A stretch of 63,155 nt of DNA, the filler included. It is 5 parts of 5 records of this genome, joined end to end, with 100 filler letters (N's around TTAATTAATTAA, not from the genome) between each part and the next. Parts side by side here need not be neighbours in the genome. Positions count along the whole stretch, not along the records: positions 1 to 26,586 come from SRR20825010_3998; 4 more parts are not named here. The stretch is one strand, 5' to 3'. Below are positions 1 through 12,544 of the stretch, piece by piece; positions within the stretch are counted from its first letter, which is position 1; every line of letters begins with the position of its first letter. The notes beneath the pieces are model-generated. The model did not search any database. It worked only from the letters and a program-made list of their open reading frames with translations, and had not been told where the DNA came from. Position numbers and translations under genes: made by a program.

Positions 1-29
1 CGGTGGTTCGAATCCACTCGTGCCTACCA
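1..29 (+). tRNA. 3' portion of a tRNA (T-arm, acceptor stem, CCA), probably tRNA-Val(GAC); truncated by window edge
   Basis: GGTGG-TTCGAAT-CCACT T-arm followed by CGTGCCT-A-CCA. The acceptor sequence resembles gammaproteobacterial tRNA-Val(GAC); the anticodon lies outside the window. Confidence 0.8.
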
Positions 30-36
30 GATGCAA

Positions 37-80
37 ACGAAAAGGGCTTGTCGCAGCGGTGCGGCAGGCCCTTTTTCGTT
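37..80 (+). terminator. Intrinsic terminator after the tRNA
   Basis: ACGAAAAGGGCTTGTCGCA...TGCGGCAGGCCCTTTTTCGT hairpin with T-tract. Confidence 0.75.
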
Positions 81-143
81 TTCGCTCCTTCAGTATCGCG
101 CCCGGTAGAATATGAACATCTCAAGCAGGAGGGGGTTGTTGCA

Positions 144-605
144 ATGCCTGACTCGGATTACCTGGGGGCTGCCTGGCCAGAACTGATGCTGTATCTGCCC
201 CACCGGCCCATGGGAATGGTCCCGGATGTGGGCGCCTTGGTGGCGGCCAACTCCAATCACTGGCGAAAGATCCTGAATCTGCTGGCCAAGGTGGCGTGCC
301 CGGTGGCGGAGGATTGGCGACGCTATCGGGATCAAGCGCTGTTTGAGGAGGCGGCGCTGTGTTTCGCGCCGGTGTTGGCTCAGAGGCCTTGCTGGCACTG
401 GATCGGTGGCAAGGAAAACCTGCTGCGCTTTGCCGGCTTGCGGCACCGTGCCCGGCCATTGCACGGTGCCCCGGAGATTGCTGTGGACCCGCAAAGGCGC
501 TTGCTGTTAACGCCTTACCCTGACTATCGCCAGCTCAGTAATGCCCGCGTAGAACAGGTGCGCAGGGTTCTCCGGGAGCACCATTTCTACTCCGGTGTTG
601 CATGA
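144..605 (+). CDS. Hypothetical protein, translationally coupled to the DUF72 gene
   Basis: AGGAGG upstream of ATG at 144 (the ORF-track start at 3 overlaps the tRNA). NHWRKI and PYPDYRQLSN motifs. Stop overlaps the next ATG (ATGA). Confidence 0.7.
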   Translation: MPDSDYLGAAWPELMLYLPHRPMGMVPDVGALVAANSNHWRKILNLLAKVACPVAEDWRRYRDQALFEEAALCFAPVLAQRPCWHWIGGKENLLRFAGLRHRARPLHGAPEIAVDPQRRLLLTPYPDYRQLSNARVEQVRRVLREHHFYSGVA

Positions 606-1447
606 AGCCGCCTTATTTTCTGGGGTGCCCGCAGTGGCAGCATCCTGCCTGGGATGGGCGCTTGCCTGCTGGTAACAGCCCCTTGGGGCGTTATAGCCAG
701 GTGTTCAATGCGGTCGAGGGCAATACGTCTTTTTATGCCACGCCTTCACTTGGTCAGTGTGAGCAATGGCGCGCCCAGGTGCCGGCGGGGTTTCGCTTTC
801 TGTTCAAGTTTCCCCGACAGATTACCCATGATGATTTGTTGCGGGGCGGCAAGGAGCCAGTACGGGCATTTGTGGACAGACTGGCTCCGCTGAACGATGT
901 GCTGGGTCCATTCCTGCTGCAATTGCCTGCGGCCTTCGGTCCATCGAATCTGGCGGATCTGTGGCGGTTTCTGGAGGCGTTGCCGGCATCGCTGGATTGT
1001 ACGGTGGAGGTGCGTCACCGGGACTTTTTCGCCAAGGGCGAAGCGGAAAGGGCGCTTAATCGTGGCTTGCTGGAACGCAACCTTGCGCGGGTTTGTTTTG
1101 ATAGCCGGGCGTTGTTTGCCGCCAGTGCAGAGGACCCGGCTACACGGGAGGCCCAGCGCAAGAAGCCAAGGTTGCCGGTACATGTGTTGCCGGGTGAGGC
1201 GGCGCCGGTGATTCGGTATGTGGGCCACCCAGATTTGCAGGCCAACCGGCTCTTTCTGGCGCCCTGGGTTGAGCGGGTGATGTGCTGGATCGAAGCGGGC
1301 AAGCAGCCTTATGTGTTTATTCACATGCCGGATAATGGTGATGCGCTGGCCCTGGCTACCTTGTGGCACGACATGCTGGCGGAACGTTTGCCGTGGCTTG
1401 CACCGTTGCCGTTGGGGCAGCAGGTGAGTCAGCCAGGGTTGTTCTGA
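602..1447 (+). CDS. DUF72 (YecE-like) protein
   Basis: LGCPQW, AVEGNTSFYATP, FKFPRQITH, LQLPAAF and EVRH motifs typical of DUF72. Confidence 0.9.
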   Translation: MKPPYFLGCPQWQHPAWDGRLPAGNSPLGRYSQVFNAVEGNTSFYATPSLGQCEQWRAQVPAGFRFLFKFPRQITHDDLLRGGKEPVRAFVDRLAPLNDVLGPFLLQLPAAFGPSNLADLWRFLEALPASLDCTVEVRHRDFFAKGEAERALNRGLLERNLARVCFDSRALFAASAEDPATREAQRKKPRLPVHVLPGEAAPVIRYVGHPDLQANRLFLAPWVERVMCWIEAGKQPYVFIHMPDNGDALALATLWHDMLAERLPWLAPLPLGQQVSQPGLF

Positions 1448-1558
1448 GACGACTCTGAGGTGACTCACTCTGCGACGACAAAGTAGCGGGTTGAGAACAG
1501 CGCGTTTCGAAGTGCAGCATCCGGCAGGGTTGCGTTACGCGTGCCTCGTTGTTGCCTC

Positions 1559-2962
1559 TTAATTCAGCGCGATGAGAGTGTTATCGCGGCGTCGGGAATT
1601 TTCCGCCCACACCAGCAGGTCGTAATAGCGACGAATATGACGGACGTATACCACCGCCTGGCCGCCCCGGGCGTTGCCGTAGCGAAGCTGGTCCGCGTAG
1701 GCGGATTTGGCCAGCAGTGGCAGGCGCTGTTTCACGTCCTGCCAGTTGTCCGGGTCGCCGCCCTGGCGTTGGGTCAGCACGCGGGCATCTTCCAGATGAC
1801 CAAAGCCCACGTTGTAGGCGGCCAGCGCCATCCAGGTGCGGCTGGGTTCGGGAATGCGGTCGGGAATCCGCGCATGGGTGCGGCGCAGGTAGGCGGCGCC
1901 GGCACTGATGCTCTGTGACGGATCGGTGCGGTCGCTGATGCCCATCTGGCGAGCGGTATCGTTGGTGAGCATCATCAGGCCCTTGACCCCGGTGGGGGAG
2001 ATGGCCTGGGGATCCCACAGAGACTCCTGGTAAGCCAGGGCGGCCAGCAGGCGCCAGTCAAAGCCGCTGCTGTCTTCGGCTTCCTTGAACAGCCCTTCAT
2101 ACAGCGGCAGGCGGTCGTCCAGGTGACGCATGAAGCTGCGTGCCGCGTACAGGTTGAACTGTTCCACATGCCCGTAGAAACGGTCTTCCAGCTTGGCCGT
2201 GGTGCCGTCCGCCTTGGCCTGGGTCAGGTAGCGCTGCGCTTCCATATACAGGCTTTTGTCATCTTTCGGGTTAAAGGCCCAGGCCAGCGGCATGTCGGTG
2301 GCGACGGTGTAATCGGCAATCAGGTCAGGCCAGAGCGCACGTTGCAGAGCGTAGCTGTTGGAATTGATCAGGGTGTAGTCGACCTGGCCGTCTTCCACCA
2401 GCGCCAGCAGCTGCTCAGGTGTGGCGTTTTCCACTTCCTGGAAGGTCAGCTCGGGGTTGTCCAGTTGTGCCTTGACCAGCAGCTCGGCGTGGCTGGAGCC
2501 GGCGCTCACGGCTACTTTCTGGTCGTCCAGCTCGCTCAGGTCGGTAATTCGCGGGCTGCTCAGGCGGCGTACCAGCAGAGTATCGATATTCTGGTAGCGA
2601 GTAGTGAAGCGCAGGCTTTCGCTGCGCTCTGCGGTGGCGACCAGGCCGGCGGCGGCAATATCTGCTGTGCCCTTGCGAATTGCGTAGCGAATGTAGGACA
2701 GGTCGTCAGATTCCAGGATACGCAGTTCCACGCCCAGGCTGTCGGCAAAGCCCTTGGCCAGCTCGTACTCCATGCCGGTGAAGCCATGCTGGTCTTCATA
2801 ATAGGTGGTGTTGGATGGACGGGTTAGCACCACCAGCTCTCCACGGGCGATAACACGCTCCATGGCGGAGGGGGTGGGACGCATAGCGAGCATCAGCCCC
2901 AGTACGCTGAATAGCGCCAGGGAGGCGAGCAAATGCTTACTGTGTCGAAAGAAAACCGTCAT
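1559..2962 (-). CDS. mltF: Membrane-bound lytic murein transglycosylase F
   Basis: N-terminal SBP_bac_3 domain plus SLT domain (YQESLWDP, GLMMLT, AAYNVG); divergent from purL, as is conserved. Confidence 0.93.
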   Translation of the reverse strand: MTVFFRHSKHLLASLALFSVLGLMLAMRPTPSAMERVIARGELVVLTRPSNTTYYEDQHGFTGMEYELAKGFADSLGVELRILESDDLSYIRYAIRKGTADIAAAGLVATAERSESLRFTTRYQNIDTLLVRRLSSPRITDLSELDDQKVAVSAGSSHAELLVKAQLDNPELTFQEVENATPEQLLALVEDGQVDYTLINSNSYALQRALWPDLIADYTVATDMPLAWAFNPKDDKSLYMEAQRYLTQAKADGTTAKLEDRFYGHVEQFNLYAARSFMRHLDDRLPLYEGLFKEAEDSSGFDWRLLAALAYQESLWDPQAISPTGVKGLMMLTNDTARQMGISDRTDPSQSISAGAAYLRRTHARIPDRIPEPSRTWMALAAYNVGFGHLEDARVLTQRQGGDPDNWQDVKQRLPLLAKSAYADQLRYGNARGGQAVVYVRHIRRYYDLLVWAENSRRRDNTLIALN

Positions 2963-3053
2963 CCTTGGTGGTACCTCTGTCAGGTTGTCCAGACAGGTCG
3001 ATACTGCTTACCGCCGACCGGTGGAAGGCCCTATGCCTTCACGATGATGCCTT

Positions 3054-3075
3054 ACTTGTGATCTATATCACGTAA
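3054..3075. promoter_or_regulatory. CRP/Vfr-family binding site
   Basis: ACTTGTGATCTATATCACGTAA: TGTGA-N6-TCACG, 9/10 match to the TGTGA-N6-TCACA core. Confidence 0.6.
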
Positions 3076-3384
3076 TTGCGGCGCAACTCTATCATCGGCA
3101 AATGGCTGTTCTGTAAAGCTTTGTCGAACAATTGCTCCTTTTTTGCACAATTTTTAAAAGTCAGGAAGAGAGCATTAATTTGCGTATAAGGCGTCAGTCG
3201 TAGGTGATTTGCTACGGCCTGATGCCAGGGTGAGAGAGGGCGGGCAGGCGGGTAGATTACGGTGTAATTGGGCGGCTTGAGAGGCTGCGAGCGGCGAGCA
3301 AATCCCGTATCATTGCCAACCTGAATAAATGCCCTGAACATCTGGCACCCCTCAATCCCCATTGGTAATCATATAAGGCGCACT

Positions 3385-7275
<3,891 letters not shown>

Positions 7276-7318
7276 ACAGCAATTAATAATGAATAACTCA
7301 TAATTAATAACGAAACAT

Positions 7319-7355
7319 AAAGGCGGAAACGGGCTGACCCTTTCCGCCTTTTTTA
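7319..7355 (+). terminator. Intrinsic terminator after purL
   Basis: AAAGGCGGAAA...TTTCCGCC-TTTTTT. Confidence 0.85.
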
Positions 7356-7398
7356 TGTCCTTTTATGAGCTTGAGCTACAGAGTCTCTCCCCTCAGAA

Positions 7399-7414
7399 TC
7401 AAACGATTGTTTGA
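7399..7414. promoter_or_regulatory. PsrA-type (TetR family) operator
   Basis: TCAAAC-GATT-GTTTGA inverted repeat matching the CAAAC-N2-4-GTTTG PsrA motif, 33 bp before the thioesterase start. Confidence 0.7.
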
Positions 7415-7447
7415 ATTCTTTCGTTGTTAATTATTCATTGGTGATCT

Positions 7448-8113
7448 GTGTCTGAAAAAACCTTCGGGCCTTTTGAATTGCAAAAGGCCTATAAAACCGA
7501 GCCTGTGCCCAGTGATTTTGCACAACGCCGCCGTATCAGTGCGGCCATGCAATTACTGGCCGAGCGGTTGATTCGTGCAGAAGCGGATGAAGCAACCCTC
7601 GCCGGTTGGGCAGAGCAACTGGAAGCCATGGTGGAAACGGTGGGTACACCGGAGCGTCGTGATACCCGTGAAGCGAATCGAAAACTGTTTACCGGTAAAG
7701 CGACCGCAGACGATATCTATCACATGATGGACTACGACCCGGTGGGCGGCCCGTCCAACCCGATCGCTCCTCAGGTGCTGTGGCTGCAGGAAGATCAGGA
7801 TGGTATCCGTGGAGAAGTCAGTCTGGGGCTTCAGTATCAGGGGCCGCCGGGACGGGTGCATGGCGGTGTGATCGCCTGGCTGCTGGATGCGGGGCTCTCC
7901 CGTGCGCTGCATGCCGCGTTTCGTTTGGGCGTCACCGGTACACTGAATATTCGTTATCTGGCAGCGACACCCATAGAAGTGCCGATTGAATGTCGGGCGC
8001 ACATTACTGGCCAGGAAGGGCGGAAAATTTTTGTAGAGGGCGGCATCTGGCACGGGGACACCCAGACCGTCAGCGCAGAAGGTGTCTGGTTGACACCCAA
8101 GAGTCTGGGGTAA
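7448..8113 (+). CDS. PaaI/hot-dog fold thioesterase
   Basis: YQGPPGRVHGGVIAWLLD and TGTLNIRYLAATP motifs. Confidence 0.88.
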   Translation: MSEKTFGPFELQKAYKTEPVPSDFAQRRRISAAMQLLAERLIRAEADEATLAGWAEQLEAMVETVGTPERRDTREANRKLFTGKATADDIYHMMDYDPVGGPSNPIAPQVLWLQEDQDGIRGEVSLGLQYQGPPGRVHGGVIAWLLDAGLSRALHAAFRLGVTGTLNIRYLAATPIEVPIECRAHITGQEGRKIFVEGGIWHGDTQTVSAEGVWLTPKSLG

Positions 8114-8830
8114 TTGATGACGGAAACGACCTATCATTTTCGCGATATTCGTGTGGCGGAAACGCCGGAACCTTCAACTCGGGCACAGTTGCATCGTCAG
8201 CTGGGCAAAGAGCTGGCAGGCCTCACCGAACAGGTGCTAAGGCTGGATGCGTCGCAGGATAAATTGCAGGACTATATCGCCCAGGTTCAGCAGTTGCGTC
8301 AGGCATTGCAGCAGGAAGGGCAGCGCGATTACAGCGAAATTTTGCAGCGTCTGCTGGCCGGGCAGGGCAGTGGTGATGACGTCACCGACCTGGTGGATTT
8401 CGAAATTCTGTCTGGTAAGGCGTCGCCGCTATCGCCGCCGCTGGAGCTGTGGCTCAATGGCGACTGTGTCCGTGGTCGGGCCACGTTTGGCTCGGTGTTT
8501 CAGGGGCCGCCCGGGCGGGTCCACGGTGGCGTGCTGGCGCTGGCATTGGATATGCTGATGGCCAAGACACAGGATTATGTTCGCCAGATCGGCATGACTG
8601 GCACCTTGAATATTCGCTATCTGGCAGCGACACCGTTGAATACGCCGGTGGATTTCGAAGCACGACTGGTTTCGCTGGAGCGCCGAAAATTACGCTGTGA
8701 AGGCAGTGTCTGGGTGAATGGCGAGCAAACGGTTTCGGCGGAAGGAATCTGGATTTCGGCCCATGGCGAGTATGCGTTGAAACCGGAATTCTCGTCTGCG
8801 CCATCGCCAGATACTGAGGTGGTGTCGTAA
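8114..8830 (+). CDS. PaaI/hot-dog fold thioesterase (tandem paralog)
   Basis: FQGPPGRVHGGVLALALD and TGTLNIRYLAATP; abuts the upstream paralog. Confidence 0.88.
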   Translation: MMTETTYHFRDIRVAETPEPSTRAQLHRQLGKELAGLTEQVLRLDASQDKLQDYIAQVQQLRQALQQEGQRDYSEILQRLLAGQGSGDDVTDLVDFEILSGKASPLSPPLELWLNGDCVRGRATFGSVFQGPPGRVHGGVLALALDMLMAKTQDYVRQIGMTGTLNIRYLAATPLNTPVDFEARLVSLERRKLRCEGSVWVNGEQTVSAEGIWISAHGEYALKPEFSSAPSPDTEVVS

Positions 8831-8854
8831 CCTTCAACGCACCGGGAGGCAAGG

Positions 8855-9199
8855 ATGACAGAGGCCAGTGATCAACATTACAAGTTGTGCTTTTACGTGC
8901 CCGTGAGCCATGTGGAACAGGTCAAAACGGCCATTTTCGAGGCTGGCGCCGGGCATCTGGGCGATTACGACCATTGCAGCTTTCAGACGTTGGGCCAGGG
9001 GCAGTTCCGGCCCCTGTCAGGAAGTCAGCCCTTTCTCGGTCAGCATGATCAGGTGGAAGTGGTGGAAGAGTACCGGGTGGAGACGCTTTGCCTGGGCGCG
9101 TGCCTGCAAGCCGTTATCAGTGCGTTACGCCTGTCGCACCCCTATGAAGAACCTGCTATCGATTTGTGGAAGCTGGAACCGCTGCCGGGCACGCACTGA
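8855..9199 (+). CDS. NIF3/YqfO-like (PII-like insertion domain only) protein
   Basis: KLCFYVP, AGAGHLGDYDHCSF, GQFRP and HPYEEPA motifs. Confidence 0.88.
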   Translation: MTEASDQHYKLCFYVPVSHVEQVKTAIFEAGAGHLGDYDHCSFQTLGQGQFRPLSGSQPFLGQHDQVEVVEEYRVETLCLGACLQAVISALRLSHPYEEPAIDLWKLEPLPGTH

Positions 9200-9217
9200 T
9201 AGCCACCCGGGCTCCGG

Positions 9218-9775
9218 TCATTCGTCTTTCGGGCGGCGCTTGAGCGGCTGGATGTCCTGAGTGCGCACGGGAAAATCGTTGCGGGCAAGGTCATCAATAT
9301 AAAACCGCAGCGTGCGCCCGATGGTGGGGAAGGCCAGCTCATCCCAGGGAATGTCGTCCAGAGAAAACAGGCCGGCATCGCTGCTTTCTTCGCCGACACC
9401 GTATTTGCCGTCTTCCACGTCACCGAGAAAGAAGACGTATACCTGATTAATGTGAGGCAGGTTGAAAACCGTATACAGGTCGCCGATGGCCACCGTGGCG
9501 CAGGCTTCTTCCCATGTCTCTCTGGCGGCCCCTTCCTGCAGGGTTTCGCCGTTTTCCATGTAACCCGCTGGTAGCGTCCAATAGCCTTTGCGCGGTTCGA
9601 TGGCGCGCTTGCAGAGCAGCACTTTTCCTTCCCATATTGGTACGGCGCCGACCACAATCTTGGGGTTCTGGTAATGGATCGTTTCGCAATCCGGGCACCA
9701 GTAACGGGGGCGATTATCGCCTTCCGGAATACTGAATTGCAGGTTGGGATTGCCGCAATGGCTGCAGAATTTCAT
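9218..9775 (-). CDS. Nudix hydrolase with N-terminal zinc ribbon
   Basis: Start at [18 protein letters not shown]; Nudix box [23 protein letters not shown]. Confidence 0.9.
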   Translation of the reverse strand: MKFCSHCGNPNLQFSIPEGDNRPRYWCPDCETIHYQNPKIVVGAVPIWEGKVLLCKRAIEPRKGYWTLPAGYMENGETLQEGAARETWEEACATVAIGDLYTVFNLPHINQVYVFFLGDVEDGKYGVGEESSDAGLFSLDDIPWDELAFPTIGRTLRFYIDDLARNDFPVRTQDIQPLKRRPKDE

Positions 9776-10071
9776 GAAAAACTCGCTGCGGCGGATACCA
9801 GTCATATCCGCAAATGATTGGGTGTGCCTTGCTCTCATTCCGTCAGGCGCCAGTTTTGGGCAGAGCAGGGGCACAGTCGATAATGGTCAATAGACTAACT
9901 ATCTCGGCTGCCAGAAGCTAGCGAGCCAGGGAGCTGACAGGGCGTTGTGTCGAGCGTGTATGTGATGGCTCAAGCGGTCAGTGTGGTTGGTGTGTCGGGT
10001 ATCAGTATGAGGTTGGGTGAATGGCCGGCGGGTGTGAGCGATAACAAGGCTTGCCCAGGGGGGCCGGGCTG

Positions 10072-10089
10072 TTCAAACTACCGTTTGAA
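10072..10089. promoter_or_regulatory. PsrA-type (TetR family) operator
   Basis: TTCAAAC-TACC-GTTTGAA, a perfect 7-4-7 inverted repeat about 20 bp before the CoA pyrophosphatase start. Confidence 0.7.
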
Positions 10090-10109
10090 TTTCAGAATTG
10101 GAGAAGGGT

Positions 10110-10682
10110 GTGCTTGAGCAGCTCAGGCAGCGTTTGCCTGATTACAGACGCACAGAATTGCCCCTGGCGTTGCCCGAGGCCGCCGTTCTGATGCCGTTGG
10201 TCGATGTGCCGGAGCCCCGGGTCATCCTGACGGTGCGTTCCAATTCCATGCCGACCCATGCCGGTGAAGTGGCCTTCCCGGGTGGCAAGCGGGATCCGGG
10301 CGATAAAAACCTGCTGATGACGGCCCTGCGTGAAAGTCAGGAAGAAGTGGGCTTGTCACCGGATTACGTGGATGTGCTGGGGCAGTTGTCTCCGCTGGCG
10401 TCCCGTTATGGTATGAAGGTGACGCCTTTTGTGGGCATCGTCAGCCCGCAGGCAGAGTTGCAAGCCGAGCCCGGCGAAATCGATACCATCTTTCAGGTGC
10501 CCTTGCAGTTCTTTCTGGATGAGGTCCCGGAGCTGTCCAGCCCCATCGATGTGTTTGGTCGCCAGTTCCGCATTCCCAGCTATTACTATGAAGACAAGCG
10601 CATTTGGGGCCTGACCGCCTTCATGATTCTGGATCTGATCAACCACGTTTATGATGCGGGTATTGAGTTCGAGGTGAAGTAA
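10110..10682 (+). CDS. nudL: CoA pyrophosphatase (NudL/PCD1-type Nudix)
   Basis: AAVL, LTVRS..HAGEVAFPGG, ALRESQEEVGL and IWGLTA motifs; GTG start after GGAG. Confidence 0.88.
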   Translation: MLEQLRQRLPDYRRTELPLALPEAAVLMPLVDVPEPRVILTVRSNSMPTHAGEVAFPGGKRDPGDKNLLMTALRESQEEVGLSPDYVDVLGQLSPLASRYGMKVTPFVGIVSPQAELQAEPGEIDTIFQVPLQFFLDEVPELSSPIDVFGRQFRIPSYYYEDKRIWGLTAFMILDLINHVYDAGIEFEVK

Positions 10683-10733
10683 CGTTCAGCTTGGTAATTC
10701 TCTGCCTGGCACGAGAAAACAAAGGGGAGTCGA

Positions 10734-11270
10734 ATGATTTACAAGATTGGTGAGCGCCGCCTGGAGCAGCGCGGCAGTGGTCACTGGATTGCGGACAACG
10801 CGACGGTGATTGGTTCGGTGATCATGGAAGCCAACAGCAGTATCTGGTTCAACGCCGTGTTGCGGGCCGATAACGATGTGATCGAAATCGGAGAAAACAC
10901 CAATATTCAGGACGGTGCTGTGCTGCACGTGGACCCGGGTGTACCCATGAAGCTGGGCCGGGACGTGACCGTGGGCCACAAGGTTATGTTGCATGGCTGC
11001 ACTGTGGGCGATAACAGCCTTATCGGTATCAATGCGGTGGTGCTTAACAAGGCGGTGATTGGTAATAATTGCATTATCGGGGCCAATTCTCTGGTGCCGG
11101 AAGGCATGAAGATTCCGGACAATTCCCTGGTCATGGGGTCGCCGGCCAAGGTGGTGAAGGAAATTGGTGAGGGCCACAAGGCCATGCTGACCATGGGCAG
11201 CATGCATTACGTGGCCCATGCCAAGGAATTCGACCAGCATCTGGAGGTGGACGAACGGTTCCATGACTGA
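10734..11270 (+). CDS. Gamma-carbonic anhydrase family (YrdA/PaaY-like) protein
   Basis: Hexapeptide repeats; LRAD, NIQD, LH, VGH and LHGC metal ligands. Confidence 0.92.
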   Translation: MIYKIGERRLEQRGSGHWIADNATVIGSVIMEANSSIWFNAVLRADNDVIEIGENTNIQDGAVLHVDPGVPMKLGRDVTVGHKVMLHGCTVGDNSLIGINAVVLNKAVIGNNCIIGANSLVPEGMKIPDNSLVMGSPAKVVKEIGEGHKAMLTMGSMHYVAHAKEFDQHLEVDERFHD

Positions 11271-11472
11271 CAGACAACTGGTCTCACCCTGTGTGTCTAT
11301 CTGCGCACTGGATGAAGATGACATCTGTGTAGGCTGCTTTCGTACCGGTGGGGAGATCTCCATCTGGGGGTTGCTCTCAAATGATGAAAAACGCGAAGTC
11401 TTTCGCCGTATAGACCTGCGCATGAAGGGTGAGCCGGCCCCCTGCGTGGTGCGCAAGGAGAACAAGGGATGA
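11263..11472 (+). CDS. DUF1289 family small Cys-rich protein
   Basis: SPCVSICALD..DICVGCFRT..EI..W motif; overlaps both neighbouring genes. Confidence 0.85.
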   Translation: MTDRQLVSPCVSICALDEDDICVGCFRTGGEISIWGLLSNDEKREVFRRIDLRMKGEPAPCVVRKENKG

Positions 11473-12398
11473 CAACACAGATTGGTAGCCAGGAGCCGGT
11501 GCGACCCGTTGTCGGGTTGGCACTAGGCAGTGGTTCCGCCCGCGGCTGGGCGCATATCGGGATCATCCAGGCACTGGAAGAAATCGGTGTGCAGCCGCAG
11601 GTGGTGGCCGGAACATCCATTGGCGCATTGGTAGGGGGGGCCTATGTGACCGGCACGCTCAATGCCTTTGCGGACTGGGTGGGATCCCTGACGGTCAAGG
11701 ATGTGTTCGGTCTGCTGGATATCAGCTTTTCCGGGGGCATGGTGAAAGGGGAGAAGCTGTTCAGCTTTTTCCAGGAGCACCATGAGAACCCCGAGATTGA
11801 AACCCTGGACAAGAAACTGGTCACCGTTGCCACGGACATGACAACCGGCCGGGAAGTCTGGATTACCAAAGGCCGTATGCTGGATGCCGCACGGGCCTCC
11901 TGCGCTCTGCCTGGGTTGTTTTCACCGGTAAAAATGCAGGGTCGCTGGATGCTCGATGGTGGCCTGGTCAATCCGGTGCCCGTGTCTGCGGCCCGTGCCA
12001 TGGGCGCGGATGTGGTGATCGCAGTGAATTTGAATGCTCAGTTGGTGGGGGCGCACCTGGCCCGGGATACTCGCAGTCAGGCAGAAGGGGCGGGGGGTAC
12101 GGATGAGGAGCGCAGCATCTGGCAAAAGATGATGGATTATTTTGCCACGGGTGAGGGCCAGGACCCGGGCTTCTTTGATGTGGTGGCCTCCAGCATCAAT
12201 ATCATGCAGGACCGAATTACCCGCTCGCGGATGGCTGGCGACCCGCCGGAGGTGACGTTGGTGCCTATGCTGGAAGATTTTGCGTTGATGGATTTCCACC
12301 GCGCCAAGGAGGCCATTGCCGAAGGTCGAGCGCTGGTGAAGCGTTATGAGGCTGATATCCTGGCTTGGGTTGGTTCGCCTATCGCCGATAGGGTTTGA
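11469..12398 (+). CDS. rssA: Patatin-like phospholipase (RssA/NTE family)
   Basis: GSGSARG oxyanion motif, GTSIG nucleophile, DGG motif. Confidence 0.88.
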   Translation: MTTQIGSQEPVRPVVGLALGSGSARGWAHIGIIQALEEIGVQPQVVAGTSIGALVGGAYVTGTLNAFADWVGSLTVKDVFGLLDISFSGGMVKGEKLFSFFQEHHENPEIETLDKKLVTVATDMTTGREVWITKGRMLDAARASCALPGLFSPVKMQGRWMLDGGLVNPVPVSAARAMGADVVIAVNLNAQLVGAHLARDTRSQAEGAGGTDEERSIWQKMMDYFATGEGQDPGFFDVVASSINIMQDRITRSRMAGDPPEVTLVPMLEDFALMDFHRAKEAIAEGRALVKRYEADILAWVGSPIADRV

Positions 12399-12402
12399 AG
12401 GG

Positions 12403-12444
12403 CAGTTGGCAGTTGATAGTGGACAGTTGACAGTTGACAGCTAC
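12403..12444. repeat. Degenerate heptamer tandem repeat (CAGTTGA x6)
   Basis: CAGTTGG CAGTTGA TAGTGGA CAGTTGA CAGTTGA CAGCTAC. Confidence 0.8.
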
Positions 12445-12470
12445 GCGATCGAATTTCCTGTTTTCGTAAA

Positions 12471-12510
12471 GCAATGAGGCCGCGCCCAACCTTTGAGCGC
12501 GGCCTCTTGC
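12471..12510. terminator. Hairpin between convergent rssA and yfjD
   Basis: GCAATGAGGCCGCGC...GCGCGGCCTCTTGC stem. Confidence 0.55.
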
Positions 12511-12544
12511 GTTTCAAGATAACCCCTACGGTTACGCGCAGCTG

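Noticed and set aside
3..143. ORF-track N-terminal extension of the first CDS
   Set aside because: It overlaps the tRNA 3' end and its terminator; the real start is probably ATG 144 after AGGAGG.
12403..12444. Short repeat arrays as a possible CRISPR
   Set aside because: Units are 7 bp with no unique spacers, and there are no cas genes.
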